From NCBI GenBank assembly GCA_040954595.2, contig CM082589.2, forward strand, positions 6,011,186 through 6,075,185: DNA of 64,000 nt, written 5' to 3'. The DNA comes from Balanoglossus misakiensis. Taxonomy: Eukaryota; Animalia; Hemichordata. Under the pieces are notes generated by a model. The model was not told the DNA's origin. It did not search any database and saw only the letters and a list, made by a program, of their open reading frames with translations. The translations under genes and the position numbers were made by a program. Positions 1 through 15,200 of the stretch are shown in pieces; the first letter of the stretch is position 1, and each line of letters opens with the position of its first letter.

Positions 1-132
1 AAATTCCACTTAATACATTATGTCATGTTATTGGCTACTTGCAAAGTTAGCTTATCACCCATCTGATTACTTATGTATAATTGTCACATTTCTTGATCTA
101 ATGCATTACTGTTTTGATTTTTGAAATAACAG

Positions 133-520
133 GAACTGGAAGCCGAGAACAGTCTACGGCCAGCTGAATATCACTTCACTGAGGCTGGTGATTGGAAGGC
201 AGCTGTCAATATGTACCGTGCACACGACATGTGGGATGAATCGTACAGAGTAAGTCCACCATTTTGTAGTGCTTGTGGTGTGATATTGCACAGTGTGTTT
301 GCACGTGACACTCTATCCTGCTTATTACTGTGTCATCAGATGGTTGTCCAATGATTCAGATACCCGCACAGAGCAGAAAAAAATCAAATGAATAAATTGT
401 CAGCTCACTTTATACCTACTGGTATATTTAGATCCCACTTGCTATGTGTATATCTACCATTAGGAACTTAAGGGATTAGTTGTGTCTGTCTGTCTGTCTG
501 TCTGTCTGTGTGTGTGTATG

Positions 521-551
<31 letters not shown>

Positions 552-3500
552 CTATGTCTGTTTCTATATCTGTACTGTGTGTGTTAGCATCACTCTGGGA
601 CTTCGACCCTTTAGCCTTGCAATCAATTCATGGCATATGTCTGTGTATGTACACCACACAGGTTGCCAAGGCCCATGGCGGAGTGACTGCAGCCAAGCAA
701 GTGGCGTATCTCTGGGCCAAGAGTCTGGGCGGCGACTCGGCAGTGAAGTTACTCAACAGGTTCGGATTGCTGGAAGCAGCCATTGATTACGCTGCAGAAA
801 ACTGGTGAGTATTCAGTGCAATACAGAAAAAAAACCTGGGTATTATCAGTTGTAAATTCCTACTCTTAAAAAAATCACTTTAATTTATACTGTTTGTTTT
901 TCCCTGTCCAGTGCCTTTGAGTTTGCCTTCGACCTGGCAAAGAGTGGCATGAAAAACAAGATGAATGACATTTACTTGAAGCATGCCATGTACTTGGAAG
1001 ATGAAGGCAAGTTTAAAGAAGCTGAGGCGGAATTCATCAAAGCTGGTAAACCGAAAGAAGCCGTTCTCATGTAAGTACAGTGTGTTGTTCAGTGTGGAAC
1101 TACATTTGCCTAAACCCGTCATCCGATGAGATATAGATGGTACAATCAGATAAATGCAGGTAGATACAGTAGATGGACTGGGAAACCAGAACAGGGAAAA
1201 GGTCTTGTGTTTCTGGTCAGCTTGACTTGAGTGCTGGAAACTCATTAATATTCATACTCATTAATATGCATATGTATTAATATTCATATCTGTTGCAAGT
1301 CATACCAATTCATCAATGTCTCAGAATGAGACTATAGACTGGATTGAGTACACACTAGTTTCTGCTGGCAGCCTTTGTTTGCTAGCTTTTTCACTTGAGT
1401 ACCGGCGGCATGTGGGCAGAACCCCGGTCTTACTAGCCTGAAATGCAACCTTGATGTCACTGTTTAATATCTCTCTTGCCCTCTCTCTCCAGGTACGTCC
1501 ACAACCAAGATTGGGATTCGGCTCAGCTCGTAGCCGAGGAGCACGACCCAGACAGCGTGGCGGACGTGTTAGTCGGACAGGCCAGGTTTGCGTTCGAACA
1601 GAAAGACTTCCAGAAAGCGGAGGCCTTCTTGCTTCGAGCGCAGCGTCCAGAGCTGGCTGTCAAATACTACAAGGTCAGTAATCGCGGCAGGTTACGGTTT
1701 GGGAAAATGTTTTGGACCTCTTTGATAGAATTCAATAGACAGACCGACCGACAGACAGAAGACAGACATAGATACATTTGACACCAGATTACATGTGAGA
1801 ATTTTGAGTTCATAGTTTATATATACATGTATATTACATTGATAGAATGCTGAGATGTGGCAGGACGCACTCAGAGTCTGCAAAGAATACATTCCACATA
1901 AACTGCAACAGTTACAAGATGAATATGACAGAGAGGTCTTATCGAGGGGAACCAGGTAAGTGTATTTCCAATGAAGAGATGTGCTTGCAACTTTTGTGCT
2001 ACACAGAAAGACCACATCTGATAAACATCACTTCAAACAGAAATTACCAAAATGAAGTAGGGAACTAGAAATTTTTGCCCATAAGGAATTACTTGTGTAA
2101 GCACTATATTTGCAAAGAATAATACCGGTAGAACTGAATTTCAACTCTTACTTTGGACAGTTTGATAACAAATATCATTGATAACATGTCTTGTCGTTGT
2201 TTGCTCATTCAGAGGAGCTGATGCCCTGATCGGCCAGGCCAAAGAATGGGAAGCATCCGGTGAATACGGCCGAGCTATTGAGTGTTATCTCAAAGTGACA
2301 TCAAAACTGACAAGCGACGCCAGTGTGTTGGAACAGTGCTGGAAGAAGGTAAGTAGCCCATGCCACAGGAACTCATATTATTTTTAGAAGCAAGACAATT
2401 GACAGTGTTTGAAAATGCCGCACATAAGAGATTTGGATTGAGAAAATTGTCAATTGGTCACTTTAAGGTTGTTTTTGAAAAATATAAAAAATATTGATTT
2501 GTCAATTGAAATAAGCTGGGTCATGAACCACTCGAGGCAACAATAGGCCTACAGGTTTAGTATGGTCATAGTGCCAAATTGAGAGTCCCAGATCCTGTCT
2601 CATTTCCATGTGGTTGGGGTCGTAATACCTCAAGGTATAACAGACAGGTAAACAGACTAACAAAGACAAATTCTGAAACAATTTTGTCCATCTCAGGCAA
2701 CAGAGTTAGCAACCAAATTTATGGGAGTCGACAAAGCCATGGAGATCACAACAATCGTGTGTCCCAGACTGGTGGAAGTCGGAAGATTCAATGCTGTAAG
2801 TGGTCAATCTCTCAAACACTTTTCTCCTGCTGAGCTGGTACTCATAGTTTTATGCCAAACGTTTTGTATATTTGCACTCTAGTACATGTTTTAATAACAT
2901 GGACATGCAAACACTTATATATGAACTCAATACAGAGATGATAATTAAATCAAATGATCCTTTACATACCTGTTAGTGTGTGCAGAAGTATATGCACGTT
3001 CAGTAGTGTTCTGTACACTGTTATTCCGGAGTGCCATAAAAAAAGCATGAGATTGCACATCCACAGAAAGAATTCACCAGGAAGAGTTCATATGCGCCGC
3101 ACAAATTAGAATGTAACCCCTCTTTTCCACCATACTTTGGCCCAACCGTACTGTCTCCGGTGGTATAGAAGAAGCATGCAGTACACAGGAATGGAGGTGG
3201 TCCAAGACTATCCGCTACTCTGACCCCATGACCTGTGACCTCTTGACCTCTTTTCAGGCCGGCGAGCTGTACCTGAGTGCCGACATGATCAAGGAGGCCA
3301 TCGAGACGTTCATGGAAGGCGAGGAGTGGGACAAGGCCAAGAGGGTTGCCAAGGAGATCGAACCCCGCTATGAACGATACGTGGACGAGAAATATAAGGA
3401 GTACTTGAAGACCCGAGGCAAGGCGGAATCTGTGAGTGAAAATTCCGTCATTGCAGACTGTGCTGGTTGTTGGTATAAATTAAAACACCTGCTTGTTTTT

Positions 3501-6500
3501 TTGCCATGAATCAACATTTTCCAAATAAAATATTAGTCTAAGACAGACAGCCGCAGGTCAGAAATGGGAACTGGCAACCCACTCCAAACATGTTTGTGGC
3601 TTTTATATTCGAAAACAGATGTAGGTATAGTTAACATGCAAATTGCAAAAGGGCCTACACAATGAGGTATGTTAATTAGCAGTCTTACAATAGCGTTTTC
3701 TGTCAGCAAAGTTTGAAACTGGGGCTTATATAGTTAAAGCATATTCCATATTTCAAACGAGATTCTACACTCTATACCCAGTAAATATTATTCCATGAAA
3801 ATTTATGAAGAAAAGCTATATTCAAATTTAGCCTGATCACGAATCTTTTCCCACTTCTCTGTGTACCTGGCTAATTCTGTTTTTTCCCTGATTTTCGATT
3901 TTATAGTTGATAGGTGTGGATGTGATAGCAGCTCTAGACATGTACGTGGACAGAGGACAGTGGGAGAAATGCATAGAGACAGCGGAGAAGCAAGGCTACA
4001 AAGTGCTACATAAATACGTAGCGTTGTACGCCACCCATCTAATCAAAGAAAACAACATCCAGAAAGCCTTGGATCTCTACGTCAGACACGGGGCACCAGC
4101 AAACCAACAGGTGAGAAATTTACCATGAATTGTCAGTTTCAAGGTATGAATTTACCTACAGTTACCATGGAAAGTTGAGATCTAGCCAGTCATAGATTTT
4201 TGCAGAGTGGCCACGCAAAAATAAGCACACCTCCAAATGGTCATTTGAAGACAAGACATGCCCTTTTAACCATATATGGATTCATGTAAACTAAGGGTAA
4301 TTATATACATTTACAAGTGTATCAGTCCTTATCTAAACCATCGCTTCTGTTTTCATTCGTCACAGAATTACAACATCTACAAGCGAATATGTATGGAGTT
4401 GTTTTCAGGCGAGGACACTGACAAAGCAGAGGCCTACAGAAGTTGGGCTGATCTCAGAGATATGCTTCTAGACTTGGTAAGGTTATGATTTACGGAAAGT
4501 GCATTTTAGTCCATTCACTATAAGAACACCGTCCCCAAGTTCCTCATATCAGAAATATATTAACTGGTCTATTTTTCCTGTGTCGCTTACAGAATGAGAA
4601 TTTGTCCAAGTCCCCAGAGGCTAACTCACCCCAGCACCAAGAGTTTGAGACTTTGCTGCTAATTGCTCATTACTATGCGTGTAGATCAGCGTGCATGGGC
4701 TCATCATCATTGGTAAGTCAGAAACCACTGGTGGATTGCTAGAATTCTTTTCTGGAAATCTGGGCAGAAAGTGTTGTTGTTTTTTGGTAAAATGACATAA
4801 ATTAATAAAACACTCTTAACTTTGTTTTGTAATGTACAGTAGTTTGTGCACATGGTTATTAGAATCTCCAGAAATTCAAAATGGTGGCGTTAAGGATATA
4901 AGATTGATGTACATTATTGATTAAAAATACGCTAAAAGTTGCAGCTATTGGGGCTTTAAAATGGGTTAATTTTAAACAATGACCCCTCATCAAGAGCAGA
5001 AACCCCACCACCACCCATGTTATCATTTCCCTCTTTACTCACAGGAAATACTGGCAGCCAAACTGTCCATCTCGTTACTGCGCCACACGGACATCATCCC
5101 TGCAGACAAAGCCTTCTACGAGGCCGGGGTCGCAGCCAAGAATGAAGGCTGGGAAAACATGGCTTTTGTGTTCCTCAATAGGTTCCTCGATCTGACTGAG
5201 GTGAGGTTGTCCGGTGGGATTTTAGGTCTTTCAGTGTTTTTGTTGAGGGTGGTACCTAGGTAAAGGTTACAAGGGGGTTCCCCAGACATTTAACCCCTTG
5301 ATATATCAATGCGTTTATATGAATAGGCAGCAAAAATTTCACTGAGTCACTAGCCATGTCCAGGTCTAGACTCCACAAGTCACGAATACCAAATTTGATA
5401 TACCCCCCAATAAACGTCATGCAGTCATTGGCATCTAGCTCACATTATTTTCTGTCGCATTTATGATTCACAGGCCATAGAGGAAGGTTCCCTGGATATG
5501 TTAGACAACAGTGACTTCCAGGACACAGATATCCCATTCGAAATTCCGCTTCCGGATAGACAACTTGTCACTGTAAGTGTGATATTGTCTCCTCAATTCA
5601 CTGAATTTTGTTCCAGCAATTAATAGTACATGTACATGTACTTCAGTGCCCAGACAAACATTTCACATTTAGAACGTGTACATCCCTAATTGAAAAATGA
5701 CCACTTCCGTCATTGAAATCCATTTCTTTCCCGATGCAGGAGGATAAGAAGGAAGAGATCAAGGACTGGGTGTTGGCCGTCTCCATGGACCAGAAAGTTG
5801 AACAGATACTGGATTTCGACGAGAGGGATACTTATGTGGGATCCCTGTCAGCAGTCAATACGGGCATCAAATCATTGCCCTGTGTTATAAGTGGTATGTA
5901 CACTCATCAGAGGGGTATACAGAGTGTATGCCTCAGATTTTATGGCTATAGCAGGGCCTGGATGTGATGTATTTTCACACTGTTGCACACATATATACCT
6001 GCGATGTGCAGTTTCATATTGTAATGATGGGGCATGCATACTATGTGAACAAACACTATGAACTCCACGAGACCCTGCTCGATCTTGTGTGGCTAAGCAG
6101 TTTATATGACAGGACATTCTCATGCGACACAGGACAAACAACACATGGTCGATCGTGTTAAACAGCGCAACATTTACTCTGCACCTATTCCAGTTTCATA
6201 CTATAGCCAGACAACACATGTCTTATATTGTACATTTTCATCTGAATTCTCAGGTTATCCGGTATTGCGGAACAAGTTGGAATTCAAGAGGCCAGGCAGG
6301 GCGGCCAACAAAGAGGACTGGAATAAATTTCTCATGGTCACCAAGGTATGATTTCATTAGTATGTTTCAGTTGAATTTCAGAGATTTTCAGAGAATATTA
6401 AAGCAACTTTGAAGTCCAGGTTTGGAATGATCTGTTCCCCCCCCCTAATTTTTCTCGATGTTGTAAAGTGTATTTTTTTCCTTTTCAGATGTCACACAGT

Positions 6501-6578
6501 TCTGAGTGTCAGGACGTTTTGAAGTTCGTCGGCCAGTGGTGTGGAGCCACCCCCAACCCCAGCTATTCATTCCAATAA
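133..6578 (+). CDS. IFT172: Intraflagellar transport protein 172, 3' part (16 exons; 5' end lies outside the window)
   Basis: GT-AG exons 133-249, 662-804, 912-1070, 1493-1673, 1846-1955, 2213-2348, 2697-2795, 3258-3431, 3907-4110, 4366-4476, 4593-4712, 5045-5200, 5474-5572, 5740-5893, 6254-6345, 6489-6578 splice in frame. Peptides [63 protein letters not shown] and the end [13 protein letters not shown]...YSFQ* match the IFT172 C-terminal region. Confidence 0.96.
482..551. repeat. Compound microsatellite (TCTG)n(TG)n(TATG)n in an IFT172 intron
   Basis: Directly visible tandem units. Confidence 0.95.
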
Positions 6579-7135
6579 AAACACTCAACACTTAATACCA
6601 AAACACCGATTCAAAACTATATTCCGTCCTTCACTGTAGTGTACTCACACCCAATATTGCATCTGTGAGATTTAATTTCAGCAAGTTTTTGTCTGTGTGT
6701 GAAGTATTGAAAATGTAGATAATGTGACAGTTAGTGAATTTTGCATCTTTTTTTTTTACAAAGTTAGTGAATTTTGCATCTTTTTTTCACAACGGAGCTT
6801 AGCAGTCTGTGCATTCCTAACTGCAGCCTGTCTTTGCTCAATTTTCTCATTAGTAGTTGTCAAAACATCTGCTGATATTCAATGTGATCATATTGTGAAT
6901 CTCATTGTAATGTTATTTCACCACCCATGGACACTTTTTTTACACGCAAGATCAACTTGTGTACTTGCCATTTTTTGAATAGGCAATTTTTGTGACCAGC
7001 TACAGGGAAAGAAATTGCCGAGTGTTCAACATGTCGGCCAAGTTGTAAATCATCAATTTCTGTGGTGTCCCATGATCTGTAATGTTATCAAGAGATGACA
7101 GGCCACTTTAGATATATTGTTCTCTTATTTGTGCA

Positions 7136-7141
7136 AATAAA
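7136..7141 (+). terminator. Likely IFT172 polyadenylation signal
   Basis: AATAAA about 560 nt after the stop, followed by a GT/T-rich tract; a second AATAAA near 7210. Confidence 0.5.
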
Positions 7142-10100
7142 CTACTTACGTCTAAGTAAAGCTGTTGTCATGGTTTTCTTCCCGGAGAATGTATTGTGTA
7201 TTAAACATCAATAAACAGAAAATCAAGTCCACCTAAAATGAAGCAAACGACAAATGCAGATTATCGGAATTCTTCTTTAATAATTTAAAAGCATCGCTCA
7301 AATTATCCATTCTCTGCAAAACACCATCAATGTCCCAAAATGGAAAGAACTGGAACCCTTGAAACCACTCAAAATGTTTGCCAGCGTCAAAAACTTCATA
7401 ACATCAAAAATAAAGAATCAAGAACTTTCAAAATCAACTTCTCCAATCAGTTTAAAAGACTATCTTAAACATGACACTGCCCTGTGCAGAGGATCCATAC
7501 ATGCAAAAATAGAGTCACTGCTCTATCTCTACCTCCCAACAAAACACCAATGTTTAGTTTTTAGCAAAACTTTATAGACATGTTGTGGTTTTCTGTTTAT
7601 ACACCATTCCGTAAAAACATACACGTTGCCAAAACTACAACCTGGGTATTTCACAAACAGTTAAAATTATTCAAGACATAAACGTCAATTTAACATGAGA
7701 AAAATAGACCAGAGAAAATACTAGTACAAGGAGTCTTCCCTAGAATGGCAATTATAATGGCCACAGTTCACCCCTGACCTTTCACCCCAAGGTCACTACA
7801 ATCACAGCAAGGGTCATGAAAGTGGCCAGTTGCAGAGTGTTTTGAACCGTAACAAGCCAGAAGTTTGTTGGAATCTAATGATGCATATTGATGACATCAG
7901 AACACACACATCAGTGCTATCAAATGCCAAATATTGACAGCATCAGCAGAGAAGAACTTCCTCCTACACCCCCACCTCATTTCAAGTTGCTGCCACAAAC
8001 ATTGCCAAATTCCAGTTGAATGACTACCTGTCCTCTTTCGTCATCTTGCCCGGTTGTCTAACTGTAATTCTGAAATTCTTTCCATTCTGGGAAATAGATG
8101 TAATATTACACTGAAGAATGTTGGGAGGCCAAAAAACCATCAAAAATGCCTCATGACTCATTGTATAATTCATCAAAAAAAAAAAATTTCCAGGGGAAAA
8201 AAATCACTTAAAAAAATAATGAGACAGCCACAATGAATATACAAAATTCATAACACTGGCAAGAATGGATATCAGGTGAAAACCAAGATAAGATTTCGAC
8301 AAAGATTGTCAATTCATTGCACTAATTTATTCATATCTTGACAAAAAAATTCAGCAATCACTGGCAGTTAGAATGATTTTTCTTCCTCAAAAAGCTAGAA
8401 CACCAAGAGTTAAGATTAAAGAAACTGAAACCACATCAAAATCACATTTGTAGTCCTTAAAATACTCCCCAAAGTTATCCACTAAAATATGAAGTAAATT
8501 CACTGGATATGGAAACAGTCAAACGAGGAAAAACTTGTTCATTATGTAGTAGTGCAACTTTAAAGCATTCTTGGAGGTCCATAACAGTAACCTATTCAAT
8601 TTTTCAATCTGTTGGGGTTAATACAGAAACTGATAGCAGCTATACCTTAGCAAACAATAAATTCAGGTATAAGTAGTAACATTTCAATTTTCTGCATACA
8701 ATTCCATTTAAAAGTTTTTGTTTTTCAATATCACGTTTTATTTTTACAATTTGACTGCAGCCATAGCCTTGTGTTGTGTCTCCCTCCCACGTTCTCTTGT
8801 GGTATGGACCGGCAGACACGGTAAACACAGGAACATTCCACTCCACAGGAACTCTGGGGGGAGATGCCACTGAAAAAGCTTTCTGTAATAATAGATATGT
8901 TTTAGTTTTCCACACTGGAAGACATCATTCGCGGTATTCATATAAGCACAATCAGACATAAAGCTTGAAATTAATCTGTCAATCAAACCACTGATTTGAA
9001 TGTAATTTGAATATTACATCAAAATGACCCTCACAAAATATACGTTTCAAACTGTCATCTGTAAATAGGTGTCCCTTTACTCATATTTCAGAAGACTCAA
9101 CATTCTGATAAAGTACATTTAAATTTTATAAACTCATTTTTCTGCACTAAATTTCTCATCATTGAGGAAACCAAAGTTCCCACCAATATTAGCTACACCT
9201 TTGCCTTATTTTCTTCAAAATATACTTCTGTATGTCTCGTAATTTATACAGAAAATTAAAACTTCAGTGAGTACAGGTGGACATGCAAAGTGCCGTGGTG
9301 AAAAAAACACCACTCAAATCAGAAATGAAACATCTGGATATCAATTTAAATGACGCAGAGGAAAGGTACACCAAATTTTGAAACACATACTAATCTTATA
9401 ATAGGTAACTATCACAAATCTTTCCACGAAAATTTATCTCTCAGCCATCCACACGGACGCACAGATTGTCAGGAAAAGCAAGGGTTTTGGGAAGCACACC
9501 ATCTTGATTTCATTATTCTAAAAAAAATTTCTAACCTGTCATATGGTCAAACCCTCACTTGCAATTTTACTGAATAAAGACTTAAAATGCAGCTATCTCT
9601 AAGTTGTGTCAACAGAGTTTGTCAAGAAAGCAGGGATGTACAGGGATCAAAAACTGGATCACATCTGATTTAGATCTAAAGCGATACTTAAGTTTGTGGT
9701 CCGTGATGTGGAGTTCCCAGATACACCACTGGATGTGGTGTACATGTATATATCAGCAAGACTGAATGAAACTCTTGTGGATGCAGAACTACCAGTGACT
9801 GAAGTCACTGCAGAAGAATTATTCCAAAAAATACAGCCATGTATGGAGAACCTCAATTCAACAACTGATCCGGTACATGGTTTCAAAATGATGGTCACAA
9901 AACGCTCTAATAAAGTGGATTTGATTAAGTGGTCTCTTCCTCACCGAAAAGCACAAAATCACAACTTTAAAGATAAGTGGGTGAGGAATCAGACAATGTT
10001 TACTTGCAACAGCCGAGACACACAAGCACTTCCTAATAAATTGTTAACTGAAATGCACACATACATACATGTAGGTTGAGACGCACACACACACAAAAAT

Positions 10101-12238
10101 GTTATATCACTCGGCCATTAATAATCTCAAGTACTGCCTATCATTGTATGTTTAAGCACGAGTGATAGAATATAGAAAATCTGAACAAAATAAATACTGT
10201 ATTGTCTGATTTTGTAATATCTTAATTCATGCTTGAATCCAAGTGGTACATCTCATGGGTCCATCTGTTTTCCCGAAATATACCACGGTCGATAGTCGGT
10301 ATGACAAGCAGCTTGTGAAGGAAAAGCTCCACTGGAAAATTTTTGCTTGCAAAGGTTTTTGTAAAATCTCAAAAAAACTTTTGAAAATGAAATAAAGCTG
10401 GTAAGTTATATATCCAGTGAAATGGGTGAGCTGTCGCACTGACTATTAAAAACACTTGATTTTGAAATAAGGATTCCAACGAACACTGGATAAAAACACA
10501 AAATCCAGACCTCGGATTATAGAGGCCTGCACCCAAAATTAAAAGTGTGTAGTACATCTTGTTTTATTTCATTTTGTCATCACCAATTGCTACCTTGAAT
10601 AGCTTGAGATGTTTGTGAACGTTGACAAGGCTTGCTCTCGGGGTTTGAGCCAAGACGTTCTGCCGCGTGGTACCCTTGTAAATCACAAACAAGGTACATT
10701 TGTAGTTTCTTCAAAGACAGCACCTCTGCCCTCCCAGCGATTAAATGGTTCGACCACACGGGATGCAAGTCAGTGCAATGCAGTTATTTAATAGACATAC
10801 CTCTGAGATAAATCTTACTGCCATAATCATCATCATCATCAACGTCATCTTCACTTATGTTGTGAATGGTAATTATTTACAATACTTAATCTCAATAAAG
10901 TTATATATTATATTTATTTATACTCTAACATTTTTGTGCTGGTCACAGCATTGTATAATATTATTTTCTCATTGATTCATACAGTGAACATTGTTTTGGT
11001 CAATAGGTTTATAGTGATATGTTTTTTGATAATTTGGTATCCAGAGATTGCATATTACTCTCTTCTGACATGCTAATGATTAAATCACTATCATTCACTC
11101 TGGATAAAAACAAAACAAAAATTTGTTATCATATTGCTGTCAAAGACATGACCTTAATTATTGACTCACAACTGCATTGTTTTTTTACCAAGCTATGGAG
11201 CCTGGTATGCAGATTAGCAGCTTGATTGACAGGCACCTGGCCAATAGGACTGTGGCAACTGAGACACAACCCTTTAACTACGCCAATATAATCCAAGTTT
11301 ACAAAATATAGATGTAACATGCTTTACAAATACCGTAAGTCACCTGCGCAAGAGTTTCCCCAGCTTTTCTTAGAGAAAAATAGAAACTACTTGCTCAAAT
11401 ATCTTCTGTGAATATCACAGACTCAATCTCAATATTTTCATCTGTTCATCGCCAGTATTACTGATTAAAATAGCTTTGCTAAAAACTTGCGATTTGGCTC
11501 AAAGTAATTTCTGTCTAGTGTCAATATGTGTAAAGAAGACATATTTAAATCTTATTTTTGGTTCTTTTTTCTATTATAATTTTTCTCATTTTTGGTCTCT
11601 TTTTTCTTTTCTAATTTTTTTTTATTTATCTAGCGCGAACTTATTTTCCATACAAACTGCTCTGTCCACCTGCCATTTGATACACCAGCAAATATATTTT
11701 CATCCTTAAAAAAATTCTTTGTTCGGTCAAATGGAGTGGCATTATAAAACATGCACACAACAGCACTTTTAGTGCGTGACACTACATCACAAAAAAATAC
11801 ATTATATCACTCCGACTGACAGCAATCCCAATGGGACGGCCACCTGCTCACTCAATAAAGCAACCACCAATACGAACTGAAAACGTTTCTCTACGAAATG
11901 GGTTGGGCCCTTTATGTCAGATATGACCCTCCGACTCCATCAACCAAAATGTATCAGACACCATCACAAAATACGGCACGTTCAACATTTTCCAATCGTC
12001 ATCATTTAGCGATCCTCAACCCAAACATTCGCTCACTCACACAAATGTATATATAATATTCATCTCTATATATATATCTCTGTTTTCAGGAATGCTTATG
12101 AGCTCATAAAAGCGGAGTTTGTTTTGTATAATTTTCAAAAAAATATAACTTTCTGGAGAATATTGTTGGCAGCAACTTCCACACAGACAAATTGAGTTGT
12201 TTCCCCTTTTTTACTATCTCTCTGTAATATCAGCTGCT

Positions 12239-15200
12239 CTATACATCCTTTCTAACTTTCTTCTTTCTCTTCTGTGGTTTGGCTTCTATCCAATCATCTG
12301 AAAGATCAAGAAAAAAGATGGTTACCTATTTCACTGACATGTAGTTTGAAGGTTGAAAGCCATCTTGTATGTTACCTTCAGGTATTATTCAAAACTGTGC
12401 CATTCTTATTCTGTTATTACTTTTCATCCCACAAGTTCAACACCACCAATTTCACTTTTACCAACAAGTGGTTTGTCAGTCAAGGAAAATCACGTTAATT
12501 TCACAGCATGTTAATAATACAAAATCTATAACATTTTACAGATAATTAAGAAAATAATGCAAACATTGAAAAGTTTCGCATCAATTTCAAACTAAATCAA
12601 TGACGCTGAGGGCTTAACTTGGAATTCTGTGCGAAAGAGCACCCTCTTGATTTCACTGACCTTCTTCTGGAGCTGCCTGTGATTGGTCGTCATCTTTCGA
12701 CACACTCTCCGTCACTTTCTCTTCTGATATGTTTTCTGCCTCTTTAGCATCTTTGGTTTCCGTGGTTACGGCACTCACAGGTTCCTCAACTGTGATTTAA
12801 AAGAGTAGGCAGTCAAACAAACAGAAAAGAGCAAACAACTTTCAAGAATTAATGGGATAACCTTGGCCCAAGTCGTGACAAACGCTCAATTACAGACCCT
12901 CATCATAATCAGCTGATTTATGCTACATTTACCAATTAATCCTTAATGTTTGACAGTTGAATAAACACAGAAGTTACAAGACAACTTGAGTAGGAATCAG
13001 CAGAGAAGTAGTAAAATATCACAAAATCAAACAAACTGAGACAGTTAGACGTTAAGATGTTATAAAGGAAATGATCACAGTTGAATCAGTACTTAATTGG
13101 ATGTATTCAAGACATGCACTAGTTAGCAAATAAAAAAAGTCTCAAAAATGAATTCTCACCTTTTGAGTCTGTGGTTTCTTCTGTTTCTTTAGACTTAGCA
13201 CTCGGCACCTCCTTTTTGGGACTGCTAGGGGGCTTCTTCTTGGGACTTGATTTGGCCTTTTTCTCCGGGCTAGGTGGGCTTGGTGGTGCCCTCACAGGGC
13301 TGGCTGGTTTTGTTTCTTTCTTGGGCGATGCCTTTGTCTTTTTTGGTGAGCCTGTAGTCTTCACGTCTTTCTTTTCTTCTGTAGGAGCATCTTCTTTTTT
13401 ATCGTCGGCCAGTTTCTCATCTTTGGCGTCTGCCTTCACATCCTTGACTTCTTCCTTTTTGGCATCCTGTAAGCAATGATAAATTTACGCTCATTAGCAA
13501 ATTAGCAAGTCTGAGCATCTTCAGGATTTGAAAAAAAAATCTGCATCTTCTTGTGCATTTGTATAGAGAATATTTTCTATTTATTTTGAAGTAAAAATTA
13601 AAACAAATTTAAAATGTGAACAACAGAACCATGGGGAAAATATTCTCAATACTGTATTATGGTTTGGCTTGAAAAGATTTCACCTCAGAGCGTGTAGTTT
13701 TTGGATTTATAAACTCTGATAATAAACACACTTGCCTTCTTTTTCTTGCTTTTGGATGGCGACTCCTTGGGTTCAGCAACCTCACTTTCAGGCTGGGCGT
13801 CTTTCTTCACATCAGCAACTGGTACTTCAATTTCTTTAGTCACCTCTTCTTCCTGCAGAACAGGAACAATGGTTTTGTGAGACTTTAACCCTTTCACCAC
13901 TATGGTTCAGTCCAAACCCATTGTTTTCTATGGTAAGGTTGGACTGCTAAACAGGGAACTGGGGGTGAAAGGGTCAATGTCTGGCTCATGCAGATCTTAG
14001 AAAATGAAATGAAATTTCAGTCATTTTTCTTTTGCCCACTGCAGTAAATTTTAACTGTTTTCGGCCAGGATTATCACCATTCTGCCCTTTCTTTAACCTT
14101 TCCACCTCACTTCACTTTATAGGTATGGACCAAGCCCTGACGATAAAAGGGTTAAGGCCTTTCTCTCACAATTCTTTTCTACCTCCTCCTCCTGACCACC
14201 CCTCCCCTCCCATCTCTGTCACAACACACGTCCATCTCTCTTCCTCTCCCTCCCCTATCTGACCTCCTTTTCCCTACTATACAACTATCCATCAGTCTTC
14301 TCAAATGCAAACAATATCTCCTCGTCTCTGAAATCTTACCTTCACGTCTTTCTTAGCCTTCTTCTCCCGCTTCTTCTTGGGCGACTTGTTCTCCTCCATG
14401 GACACATCCACATTCTCCTTGTCCTCCTCATCAGCTTCCTTCTTCACCACTTTCTTCACAGTCTCCTCCGTCACCGTTTCCTCCTTGCTGATCTCTCGGT
14501 TCCTCTCGCTCACGGGTTTGGGAGATGATTTAGGAGGCGCTCTCTCAAACACCTTCTTCTCCTCCACGCTGATCTTTCTGGCTGCCTCCTCTTCCTCCTT
14601 CTGTTGCTGACGACTTAATTTCTTCTCTTTGCGCGTCATTGGGGTTATCCACTCCCCTGTCAAAAATTTAAAAAAATAATCCATTCATTGTTTCTCGAGA
14701 TCACCTGATAACATATTGTTTGTTTTTATAGACTTTCGCAAACAAGACCATATTGTGGTGAGATGTACATGATCACTTTACAGAAATGCCATCCTCTTGT
14801 TTCATGACCCCTATGTGACCTTTACATCCTGGCATTTTGTTGGTGTGATTTCACCATGTTGAGTTTTTAAACTCTGGAACAGTCAATCATATAATTGAAT
14901 TTGTGCACCATAACTCACCCTACATCAAGACCATATTTCATGACCCCTATGTGACCTTTACATCCTGGCATTTTGTTGGTGTGATTTCACCATGTTGAGT
15001 TTTTAAACTCTGGAACAGTCAATCATATAATTGAATTTGTGCACCATAACTCACCCTACATCAGGAAATTGATTTTTTTATGTTACAAAAAAGATTGAAT
15101 ATTGCAAACAATACTGAATGATGTATGATGTCATACCAACAAAACATCAGGATGTAAGGTCACTCAGGGGTCATGAAAATGGCCTACTGGGAGCTAATAT

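Noticed and set aside
482-661. CMYV-repeat ORF N-termini
   Set aside because: Read-through of a microsatellite into an IFT172 exon.
9696-10079. 127-aa plus-strand ORF
   Set aside because: GTG start, no recognisable motif or splice context; lies in presumed UTR or intergenic DNA.
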